From: Cyanophyceae cyanobacterium
Lineage (GTDB): Bacteria > Cyanobacteriota > Cyanobacteriia > Cyanobacteriales > Laspinemataceae
Reading direction: 5' to 3'
Assembly: GCA_038321985.1 (NCBI GenBank)
Contig: JBBQFN010000017.1
Coordinates: 1-64,000 of the forward strand
DNA length: 64,000 nucleotides
Shown: positions 10,524 through 19,273 of the stretch, one piece after another
Position numbering within the stretch: position 1 is the stretch's first letter
How the letters are laid out: the number at the start of each line of letters is the position of its first letter
The notes under the pieces: generated by a model
What the model saw: only the letters and a program-made list of their open reading frames with translations
Databases searched by the model: none
What the model was told of the DNA's origin: nothing
Program-made: the position numbers and the translations under genes

Positions 10524-11399
10524 TGGGACCCCTTCACAAATGCAGATATCAGCAGTGATCCGACAACCCACCGCTTCGGTTGAAGGCGAAAGACTTAAAT
10601 CAGGGTAGGCGGAAAACCAGCATCTAGCCGATAGTACGATCAAATCTCCATTTTCGGGAGGCGATCGCACCCGTGGAATATTCGCGATCGCCGCAAATAT
10701 CCCCAACTTTTCCCTCGCCAAGCAAGGTACTCACCCTATCCCCATTTCGTTTTTTTCAAGCGGGGTAAGCACTTTCGGAGATATACTACAACCGGCAAGG
10801 GAGAACTCCCCTCCTTGACTATGACAAAAGTCATCATTTGCCTTCGCACTTTTTTCATGGAAGGGTTTGTACCTTTTGCGGGATGCAATTTCCCTACTTC
10901 CTCTTTAGAATCAGGTAAACAACCCACAATTAAGTTAATTGTCACTCGTCAGAGGTTATGATGTTACCCCCATAATTCCTAGTTTATCCCAATACCCTAT
11001 CCAGGGTTAGGGCTTGAGGAGGTTAAACCGCAAATTTAGCCCCTGCTACGGCCATTCCTGCGGTCCATTCTTCGGAAATAAGGGATGAGACGCTTAATCC
11101 GCTGCTTCCCTTATATGCAGTGAATTGGAGGGAATGCTTTTAAACCGTCGGGGACAAGTTCGGTTGCAATTCAACCTTCACAAAAACCGGGAGAAGTGGG
11201 TATCATGGGGCTGTGCAATCTGATCTCCTGAAAACAATCTTCCCCTTTATCTAATGGGGTTAAAGGGGAAGATTTAAGTGACTTTGGGTTAAAGCCAGGG
11301 AACTGACTCACTTAATTGTTTTTAGAGGAAACTCCTAAAATAAAATAGAGAAAGTTCTTATTCAGTCAAGGTTCAAAACCAGCATATCTAAAGGTTATT

Positions 11400-11771
11400 A
11401 TGAGTACGGTGTTGATTGTGGACGATAGCGCTACGGCTCGGGAAATGCTCTCATCTATCCTCCAAAATGTTGGAATGAGGGTGATTGAGGCAAAGGATGG
11501 CGTCGAGGCTCAACAAAAAATTTCAGCCAGTCCTCCGGATATCGTGGTATTGGATATTATTATGCCTCGGATGAATGGCTATGACTTATGCCGGTGGCTA
11601 AAAAAAACCCCGAATGGGCAAAATATCCCCGTGTTGATGTGTTCAAGCAAGGCGGAACAGTTTGATCGCTATTGGGGAATTAAGCAAGGTGCAGATGCCT
11701 ATTTAACCAAGCCGTTCCATCCTTCAGAATTAATTGAAACGGTGAAAAGTTTACTGCGATCGCTCACTTAA
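11400..11771 (+). CDS. Single-domain CheY-like response regulator (PilH/PixH-like)
   Basis: VLIVDDS, LDIIMP and FDRYWGIKQGADAYLTKPF motifs typical of cyanobacterial taxis regulators. Confidence 0.9.
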   Translation: MSTVLIVDDSATAREMLSSILQNVGMRVIEAKDGVEAQQKISASPPDIVVLDIIMPRMNGYDLCRWLKKTPNGQNIPVLMCSSKAEQFDRYWGIKQGADAYLTKPFHPSELIETVKSLLRSLT

Positions 11772-11948
11772 TCAGGGTCAATTAGAATCGTAACTCACGC
11801 TCGCTTTACAGCCTGGCAGTTCTACGGATTGGCTGTCTCGGTTATACCAAACATCAAGTTCCAATTAAATCTCCCCTTCGAGAGACGCGAAAATTCACGT
11901 CTCTCCTTTAAATTAAAGGCTAAATCCTCCCGGTATAGATACAGCTAT

Positions 11949-12434
11949 TTATCCCGTTTCTTGTTCTTCTTTCATTTCCATTAAAATAACAGAATAGGAA
12001 ATAAGCTCATCGACTCCCGTAAAGATTACTCCTCCTAAAAACATTAACATTCCCAGGACAAATAGAGACAAAGGAAATTCTTGAGTAACTGAGCTTTCCC
12101 ATAAATAATCTAAGCCGATTGCCAAGGAGCTTAAAATAAATAATGTAGCGGCGATAATATTACAAAAAACAGAATTTCTAACATATTTAGCCCGCCGTAA
12201 CAAGAACCTAAGCTGACTCCTCACGCTGATTAATCGCAATTCTTCTTCCTGATCGACCTCTTGATTATGGCTCATTTGGCGGGAAAGTTTTCTCCGTTCA
12301 TCAGTTAAAAGTCGAATTCGGCTTAACAGGGAGGCGTGTCGGGCATTTAATCCCAAAAAAAAGAGAGAACTGGATGAAATCATCACAGCGGGTGCGACGA
12401 GTGCCTGGATTGATTCAGTTGCGGTTGTATGCAT
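11949..12434 (-). CDS. DUF2721-like membrane protein
   Basis: IQALVAPAVMIS N-terminus, RIRLL motif and three hydrophobic helices. Confidence 0.7.
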   Translation of the reverse strand: MHTTATESIQALVAPAVMISSSSLFFLGLNARHASLLSRIRLLTDERRKLSRQMSHNQEVDQEEELRLISVRSQLRFLLRRAKYVRNSVFCNIIAATLFILSSLAIGLDYLWESSVTQEFPLSLFVLGMLMFLGGVIFTGVDELISYSVILMEMKEEQETG

Positions 12435-12479
12435 GAATCTGGACCTGGAGATTGAGTAAATATGACTTTTTTTCTTCTA

Positions 12480-13244
12480 TTATTCAGTCAGAGCTAATAT
12501 TAATTCAGTTAATTCGGGAGTTGCCCCGATAGGGTTAGCCATCTGAATTTCGAGGTCCGGTTGGCGTTGAGAAAGCTCTTGAGCAACTTGGGCGATCGCA
12601 TCAGTGATTCCTCCAGCAAACAGAAAGTAAGGGAGAATACCCAAATGCCGATGTCCAGCTTGGGTTAACTGTTCAATTCTTTCTTGTAAATTAGGAGAAA
12701 TTGACCAATAGGCGGATATTGCCTGAAGTCTATTTGCCATATCCTCCACAACTTGATTGCTTCCAGAACGTCGCGAACCATGAGATAATAAAATCCACTG
12801 CCGATCGCCATTATTAATTCCCTGAAAGGGTTGCACTGCGGATTGTAATAAGCAACTCAATCCAGTGAGTTGGCTGCCTAGATGGGGGCGTAAATCCAAG
12901 GAGATTGTTGTGCCTAGGGTTTGATGCGCCTGGGCAATTTCCGATGGAATATCTTCCATGACGTGAACGCCTTCTAGCAGAAATAGAGGTAAAATTTGCA
13001 GGCGATCGCATCCAACAGCACGGGCGCGATCGCCAAAGTCTGTGATTTGTTGGTGCAGTGGCAAGGGATGTAATTCTAATTGTGCCGTTCCCACCATTGG
13101 AAGTGTGGATTGACCCGGTTGTTGTTGCAAGCGATCGCGAAATAAAGAGGCTAACTCTTGCATTGCCACTTCTGGACGAGGATCGCGACTGCCGTGGGAA
13201 ACCAATAAATAAGCCGAGGAAAATTTCAAAGTTTTGTTATCCAA
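12480..13244 (-). CDS. Sirohydrochlorin chelatase (CbiX/SirB family)
   Basis: Duplicated HGSR motifs, LPLFLLEGVHVMEDIP and LPYFLFAG; TTG start. Confidence 0.88.
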   Translation of the reverse strand: MDNKTLKFSSAYLLVSHGSRDPRPEVAMQELASLFRDRLQQQPGQSTLPMVGTAQLELHPLPLHQQITDFGDRARAVGCDRLQILPLFLLEGVHVMEDIPSEIAQAHQTLGTTISLDLRPHLGSQLTGLSCLLQSAVQPFQGINNGDRQWILLSHGSRRSGSNQVVEDMANRLQAISAYWSISPNLQERIEQLTQAGHRHLGILPYFLFAGGITDAIAQVAQELSQRQPDLEIQMANPIGATPELTELILALTE

Positions 13245-13480
13245 AGTATGCGAACACTAATCGGCTTAAATGCCATAAAATTAGCCGGACAGAATTCCTA
13301 TTTTAATCAAATTTATGTCATTGATCTCAAGGAAAAATCTCTAGGGGTCCTCTTACCCTTGTAGGAAATCTCGACTCAGTAAGTCAGGAGTGGAGTCTCA
13401 ACGCCTCGGGAAAGGGCGATTTCCCCACCCCAGCCCCCAGGGATTCTACCTTGTAAATGCTAGGCGATCGCTGGGATAAT

Positions 13481-13840
13481 CTAGTATCGCGGTACAGCCG
13501 GATCGACCAATTGAGAATAGGCATCAATGCCGCCACTAATATTTTTAACCTGAGTGAATCCCTGGGTTTGTAACCACTGACACATCTGAGCCGATCGGAT
13601 ACCGTGATGACATAAAACCAGGGTTTCCGTCTCCAGATCCAAGCGGTTGTAAATCTCCCCGGACCATTCAGCAAATTCACTCAGAGGAAGGATTTCAAAC
13701 CCTTCAAGTGCTGCAATTTCCACTTCGTGGGGTTCCCGTACATCGATGAGTTGCAAACCCTCCGGCGCGGTTCTCAGGCGATCGGCGAGTTCTTGGACAG
13801 AGATTTGAGCAAGGGGTTGACGAGGAGTAGATTGAACCAT
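13481..13840 (-). CDS. Rhodanese-like domain protein
   Basis: LIDVREPHE, CHHGIRSA and GGIDAYS motifs; ATG at 13840. Confidence 0.9.
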   Translation of the reverse strand: MVQSTPRQPLAQISVQELADRLRTAPEGLQLIDVREPHEVEIAALEGFEILPLSEFAEWSGEIYNRLDLETETLVLCHHGIRSAQMCQWLQTQGFTQVKNISGGIDAYSQLVDPAVPRY

Positions 13841-13955
13841 GAGATCCCAAGAGTCTTTAACAGACTGATAAAACAACGTTCTCAATCAAATTGTGCCTTG
13901 TTCGGGTCGGATTTGGCTACAACTATGAGGTTACGTTATTTTAAAGAAATTCTCT

Positions 13956-15506
13956 CTAACCTTTGACATTGCACTGTTCAAGTTTGGCAGCGATCGCCCC
14001 AGCGTGTCGCCACCATTTAGAACCTGCCGACCAAATTCGCGACGGCAAATGGCCGATCGGTGCTTTTAGATTAAATTGAATCCCTTCGTAAGGGACGGAT
14101 GGATTGTACGTTTTCCACCCAATGCGATCGCAGAATGTGCCGTAATCTTTCCCTACCCCTTCATAAATTCGAGCTTGGATGCTAAACCCAAACCGTCCAT
14201 CACTATAGTTCACCCACAACCCGTCAATCGTCTGCAAATCCTCACAGGGCATTTTGGCAATATCATCTTCAAATAAATAACCTCTAGGCGGTTTCCCAGC
14301 AGCCTGACACAAAACCATCCGGGTTTCTTCATCCGCTTGTTTCCACCTTTGAGCTGCGAGTAAATCTCGCAATCGACTATAATCAATGCCGACAGTGGAA
14401 GTGAGAATATCGGGCTCACGGACGGAATTTGACCGATTAGCAACTCCGGGCCAAAACTGACTGAAGACATCCCGCCAACCTATTGTCCGTGACGGAACCC
14501 GGGCAATTTTCGACTGAACCGGCGATCGCCTAGAAGCGGGAAGCGGAGATAGGGCGATCGCTGGGGGTGACGGCAGGAGTAGTGAGGCAGTAGGGATAGG
14601 ATTCAGGTCGCGTAGCACTTCTGCTGCCGACTGATAGCGATTCGTGAGAGCATTTTGCACCAGTTTGTCCAAAACTCTGCCTAAATCAGCACTGACTAGC
14701 TTATCTGCCTTCAAAAAATCTCGCCACATCCAGCGGTCCTGGTTAGGATCGTATAAATTAGCAGGAGATACCCCCGTCAGTAAATGTAGGCAAGTCACTC
14801 CCAAACTATACAAGTCTGTTGCCGGAACCACCTTCCCTCGATTTTGTTCCGGTGCCATATACTCCGGAGACCCGATAATTGTCCCAGTTTGCATCATCGC
14901 CGTCGCACTTAAGAGCTTGGCAATGCCAAAATCAATCAGCACAATTTGCCCCGCTTGATGCTCCGTGAAAGAGGGGCGATCGCTGCCGATGCGGCGAATA
15001 ATATTAGCGGGTTTGATATCTCGATGTACAATCTGGCGATCGTGGATAAAGGTGAGCACTGGGAGTAAATCCTTCAGCAGTTCTCGGATTTGTACATCCC
15101 GATAGGCTCCCTTTTGCTTCAGTTCCCAGGAGAGAGTCGGTCCCTCGATAAACTCCTGAACCAGATACAGCCATTGATTTTGTTCAAAATGGGCCAGCAG
15201 GGAGGGAATTTGAGGATGATGTCCCAGATCGTCTAAACGCACTGCCTCTTGATAAAAGAGGGTTTTTACCTTATGAACGTGATGGGTTTCCCCTTTCTGA
15301 AAAAATAGTTGCTTGACAACACATTTCGGTTTAGACGGGATATCTTCATCCACCGCCAAAAAAGTCCGACCAAATCCCCCATGCCCAAGGGCCTGAATCG
15401 GGCGGTAGCGAGCTTTTAGCACTAACTTACCGCCACAGCTTTGACAAATTTTCGCCGACTCAGAATTTTCGGGTTTGGGGCATCCAGGAATAACGCAGTA
15501 GCTCAT
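13956..15506 (-). CDS. Ser/Thr protein kinase with N-terminal 4-Cys motif and C-terminal GUN4 domain
   Basis: GHGGFG, HRDIKPAN, DFG and YMAPE kinase motifs; GUN4 motifs WKQADEET, LWVNYSDGRFGFSIQ and APIGHLP. Confidence 0.92.
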   Translation of the reverse strand: MSYCVIPGCPKPENSESAKICQSCGGKLVLKARYRPIQALGHGGFGRTFLAVDEDIPSKPKCVVKQLFFQKGETHHVHKVKTLFYQEAVRLDDLGHHPQIPSLLAHFEQNQWLYLVQEFIEGPTLSWELKQKGAYRDVQIRELLKDLLPVLTFIHDRQIVHRDIKPANIIRRIGSDRPSFTEHQAGQIVLIDFGIAKLLSATAMMQTGTIIGSPEYMAPEQNRGKVVPATDLYSLGVTCLHLLTGVSPANLYDPNQDRWMWRDFLKADKLVSADLGRVLDKLVQNALTNRYQSAAEVLRDLNPIPTASLLLPSPPAIALSPLPASRRSPVQSKIARVPSRTIGWRDVFSQFWPGVANRSNSVREPDILTSTVGIDYSRLRDLLAAQRWKQADEETRMVLCQAAGKPPRGYLFEDDIAKMPCEDLQTIDGLWVNYSDGRFGFSIQARIYEGVGKDYGTFCDRIGWKTYNPSVPYEGIQFNLKAPIGHLPSRIWSAGSKWWRHAGAIAAKLEQCNVKG

Positions 15507-15599
15507 GACTTTGACCAGGGCGCAGTGGGGTAAAGTTGGACCGAACAGGTCGTCATTCCCGGTATAACATGGTCCTGATAGATTTACCCCCCAATTCTG

Positions 15600-15968
15600 C
15601 TACTGTTTTTTATGTTCGTAGGTGTAGAAGCTCTGAAAGGCCCCTACAGTTTCAAACTGATAAGCAGGAATTAAGGGCAGGGGCAAAGACAAGTCAGTTT
15701 TATACACGCTCCACAATAGAAAGTTTTGCCGCTGGGTGTTTCGGCGGATCAGCTCCTGGATGTCACTCTGAACGGATCCAATCGCTGAAACGCAGGACCC
15801 TTTAGCAATAGGTAATCTGTCACAGGCATTTTCTTGGGCATACTCCATTAGCCGTTGACTGGCATACTCATGATAGGACTCAGGACCTGGGTTAGTAACC
15901 GCCATTGCTACCCCCAAACCCACCAATACTGTACCCGTGACCGCCGCGATCGCATTCATTTTTTTCAT
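15600..15968 (-). CDS. DUF4359-like protein
   Basis: N-terminal TM followed by TNP; TQRQNFLLWSVYKT and ETVGAF motifs. Confidence 0.7.
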   Translation of the reverse strand: MKKMNAIAAVTGTVLVGLGVAMAVTNPGPESYHEYASQRLMEYAQENACDRLPIAKGSCVSAIGSVQSDIQELIRRNTQRQNFLLWSVYKTDLSLPLPLIPAYQFETVGAFQSFYTYEHKKQ

Positions 15969-16096
15969 CAGAACCCAACGTACCCATTTCTTTGTTTAGA
16001 CTTCCCCTTTCAGCCCCTGGATTCAGCATCGGTTTCGTGGAATTTTCAAAAATTTTTATTTTTTTTGAAAAAGGCTAGATCAAATCCACAGGGGTG

Positions 16097-16105
16097 TGTT
16101 ATAGT
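16097..16105 (+). promoter_or_regulatory. Extended -10 promoter of tRNA-His
   Basis: TG-T-TATAGT 12 nt before the tRNA, with an A/T-tract-rich upstream region. Confidence 0.55.
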
Positions 16106-16117
16106 GAAAAACGTGGT

Positions 16118-16191
16118 GGCGAGCGTAGCCAAGTGGTTAAGGCAGTGGATTGTGATTCCACCATTCGCCGGTTCAATTCCGGTCGTTCGCC
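16118..16191 (+). tRNA. trnH: tRNA-His(GTG)
   Basis: Cloverleaf with GCGAGCG/CGTTCGC acceptor stem, G-1 and C73, anticodon arm GTGGA-TTGTGAT-TCCAC and T-loop GGTTCAATTCC. CCA is not encoded. Confidence 0.97.
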
Positions 16192-16369
16192 CTCCGCCTA
16201 AGTCAGGGAAGCAGGAAATCTGTATCCCTGGCTTAGGCTATTTTAATCTAAATTTAGATCAGGGGTTTTCCAGACCGGCAGAAATCCCACTTCCGGTTAC
16301 CCACTCCCAGTGGCTTTAGCCCTAGGACGGAATGGTACTGTAACCGAAAGGATAGGCACTGACCCCGGA

Positions 16370-17305
16370 ATGATGGACATCAGAGAAATTACTTTAAAAG
16401 TAGAAGAGGTGGGCGATCGCCTTGATCGCTATCTGGCATCACAACTGCATGACCTCTCCCGCTCGCGAATACAGCAATTGATAACACAAAATTGTGTAAA
16501 AGTCAATGGGCAGCTTTGCACCTCTAAAAAAGTGATGGTGCAAACTGGCGATCGCCTTTCCGTTGAGGTTCCTCCAGCGGAACCCTTAGAGATCGGCGCG
16601 ACAGATATTCCCCTGGATATTCTCTATGAAGATGACTGTATGATTGTCATCAATAAACCAGCGGGTTTAGTCGTTCATCCGGCACCGGGACATTCCGACG
16701 ATACGTTAGTGAATGCCTTGTTAGCGCACTGTGAGAACTTGTCGGGGATTGGTGGAGTACAGCGTCCCGGGATTGTACATAGACTGGATAAAGATACCAG
16801 TGGTGCGATCGTCGTCGCCAAAACTGATCACGCCCATCAACATCTGCAAGCTCAAATTCAAGCCAAAACTGCCCGTCGGGACTATCTAGGGATTGTTTAT
16901 GGGGTACCGAAAACTGAAAGCGGAACCATAGATGCACCTATTGCCCGACATCCGGGCGATCGCAAGAGAATGGCGATCGTTCCGGTGGAAAAAGGGGGAC
17001 GAGTGGCGGTAACTCACTGGCAGATTAAAGAACGATTGGGGAACTATACTTTAGTCCATTTTCAACTCGAAACCGGACGGACTCATCAAATCCGCCTCCA
17101 TAGCGCCTATATGGGACATCCAATTGTGGGAGATCCGGTGTATTCCAGTGGGCGATCGCTGGGGGTGAACCTGCCGGGACAAGCGTTACACGCCTGGTGT
17201 CTGACGTTAGAACATCCGGAAACGGGAGAAACGATTCAAGCGATCGCACCCCTACCGGATTATCTGCATACTTTGTTAGAGGTTCTACGACGGCGATCGC
17301 CTTAG
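16370..17305 (+). CDS. rluD: RluA-family pseudouridine synthase (RluD-like)
   Basis: S4 domain (RLDRYLA), NKPAGLVVHP, HRLDKDTSG and GRTHQIR motifs. Confidence 0.9.
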   Translation: MMDIREITLKVEEVGDRLDRYLASQLHDLSRSRIQQLITQNCVKVNGQLCTSKKVMVQTGDRLSVEVPPAEPLEIGATDIPLDILYEDDCMIVINKPAGLVVHPAPGHSDDTLVNALLAHCENLSGIGGVQRPGIVHRLDKDTSGAIVVAKTDHAHQHLQAQIQAKTARRDYLGIVYGVPKTESGTIDAPIARHPGDRKRMAIVPVEKGGRVAVTHWQIKERLGNYTLVHFQLETGRTHQIRLHSAYMGHPIVGDPVYSSGRSLGVNLPGQALHAWCLTLEHPETGETIQAIAPLPDYLHTLLEVLRRRSP

Positions 17306-17322
17306 TAGAGTCGCCTTACAAA

Positions 17323-18486
17323 TTATAGTGCTCCCACCTGTTTTAAAGCTAATTCAGCCGCGCGTTTTTCTGCCTCTTTTTTGCTGCGTCCTTTACCCAC
17401 CCCATACACTTGATTTCCCACCTTGACTTCCACCGTAAAATCCGGTGCATGATCCGGTCCTAATTGGGCGATGGTTTCATATTTGGGTTGGGTGGGGCCG
17501 ACGTTCGCCTGTACCCATTCCTGAAAGCGATTTTTGGCATCTAAGAGAATGCTAGATTGATCATCCGGTTGGCGATCGAGAAGTCCTTCCGCAGCTGATT
17601 CAAATAAAGGTTCTACAAAATTGCGCACCGCCTCAATTCCTGAATCCAGAAAATATGCCCCAATAATCGCTTCAAATGTATCACTCAGCAACGAATCATT
17701 TTTTCGGGCTTTATCTTTAATCGCGCCTTTCCCCAACTTCATTTTTTTACCCAACTCCAAATAATTGGCAAAATCAGCGAGTTGGGTTTCATCCACCAAC
17801 GCCGATCGCAATCGAGTCAATTGTGATTCATTCATCTCAGGATAAAGCCTGTACAGAAAATGGGTACTGAGAAAATTCAGAACCGAATCTCCTAAAAACT
17901 CTAGGGTTTCATTATTCTGTTCCACCTCGGGATGTTCGTTGGCATAAGAACGATGAATCAAAGCCAAATTCAGCAAAGAAGGGTCGCGGAAAGTAGGCAA
18001 CCTGGGGATATCATCCAAACTTTCGATAATATGAGATTCATCCGCAACATCCAAAAGGGCTGGGCTGAATCCCCCCTGTTGGACAAAAACAATTACCTGC
18101 TTTTTTTTATTTTTCAGAATATGAACTAAACTTGTAAAATCTCCATCTCCTGATACAATAATAAAAATTTCTGCTGAGTCCTTTTCATCTGCATAAGTAT
18201 AATTTACGCAATCCACGATCAACTTATTGTCCACACTGTTTTTTACAGTAGAAGTGATATTAATCCGTTTAAAACCCAGACCCGTTAAATATTTGGCGTA
18301 AGCCTGACTTTCATACTTCCAATTAGAGTAAGCATTACACAGCACCAATTCTCCCTGTTTTCCCGCAAATTCTATCAAAAAATCTGCTCGTTCTGGACTA
18401 ATTTTGACATTTTGGCAATCCCAATAGAGGGCGACTCGACTAGAATTAACCGTTGATTTTGGCAATAATTTTTTAGTAGGAGGCAT
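17323..18486 (-). CDS. Fusion protein: NYN (LabA/DUF88-like) nuclease + ribonuclease III + dsRNA-binding domain
   Basis: NYN motifs LYWDCQNV, KNSVD and IVSGDGDF; RNase III motifs ALIHRSY, NETLEFLGDSVL and SDTFEAIIGA; dsRBD motifs DAKNRFQEW, GPDHAPDF and GRSKKEAE. Confidence 0.9.
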   Translation of the reverse strand: MPPTKKLLPKSTVNSSRVALYWDCQNVKISPERADFLIEFAGKQGELVLCNAYSNWKYESQAYAKYLTGLGFKRINITSTVKNSVDNKLIVDCVNYTYADEKDSAEIFIIVSGDGDFTSLVHILKNKKKQVIVFVQQGGFSPALLDVADESHIIESLDDIPRLPTFRDPSLLNLALIHRSYANEHPEVEQNNETLEFLGDSVLNFLSTHFLYRLYPEMNESQLTRLRSALVDETQLADFANYLELGKKMKLGKGAIKDKARKNDSLLSDTFEAIIGAYFLDSGIEAVRNFVEPLFESAAEGLLDRQPDDQSSILLDAKNRFQEWVQANVGPTQPKYETIAQLGPDHAPDFTVEVKVGNQVYGVGKGRSKKEAEKRAAELALKQVGAL

Positions 18487-18592
18487 AAAGTTTACAGGTG
18501 GGTTTTGATTTGTTCTGGAAATAGGCGATCGCTTGGATCAATAACGAGGGAACTTTAGTCAGACGATTAACCTTAAAAGTTATCGAACTTAG

Positions 18593-18685
18593 GCTGAATG
18601 TGTGGTGTAGTTACACAGTCTGATAGAGTCTTTTTTACTCTATACTTCTCTAATTTAAATTATGTAACTACAGCACAGATCCAAC
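18593..18685 (-). promoter_or_regulatory. Long stem-loop upstream of the NYN-RNase III gene
   Basis: 25-nt arms at 18593-18617 and 18661-18685; 23 of 25 positions pair on the minus-strand RNA (3 G-U pairs). Confidence 0.55.
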
Positions 18686-19273
18686 AGGCGGTCAACCGAG
18701 ATGGGTATCGCATCTAGGCAAGTTCTCGAAGTGAGAAGCTAGACATGAGCGGTTGAGGGTTGAAAATAATCTCCCCTATGGGGGGCCTCGTACTGCAACC
18801 CATGGGTTGAAGAAAAACCCGGCCCTAACTCTGAGATAAAGTGATGGTATCATAAAACTCGGTTAACTGTTGTTTAAATCAGTAAGGAACATTTGGGGTA
18901 ATTTTTGCACGGAGTTTATTGGGTCTCCTGATAGATTATTAATAGGGACTAAGTAGAAGGTGGCAGTATTTTAAAATTAGCGCAATTGGTTACTACGAAT
19001 TTACGAAAGGACTAAAGTCGGGACACGAAATATCAGAACTGAATAGGTACAATTAGGTTCGTAGTCGGTTAAAAACCTGATTGTACCTATTAGTTGGAAC
19101 CGCCGCTGGTTGTGGGAAAATTCCCGAACCCCCTCTACTGTCCTGGGGATCTGATATCTTAGATGGGGTATTGCTTCCAGTCCAAGGCGCTTCAACCTTT
19201 GAGCGATATTTCCCTTGTCTGCGCTAAGGATTTCCCCAATAAAGCTATTCACCCCCAAATTCAGGATTTCGTT

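Noticed and set aside
16118..16191. tRNA-His as an island integration site
   Set aside because: No integrase and no duplicated tRNA 3' end seen in the window.
15855..16319. 154-aa ORF spanning the tRNA
   Set aside because: Overlaps tRNA-His and the opposite-strand gene; no motifs.
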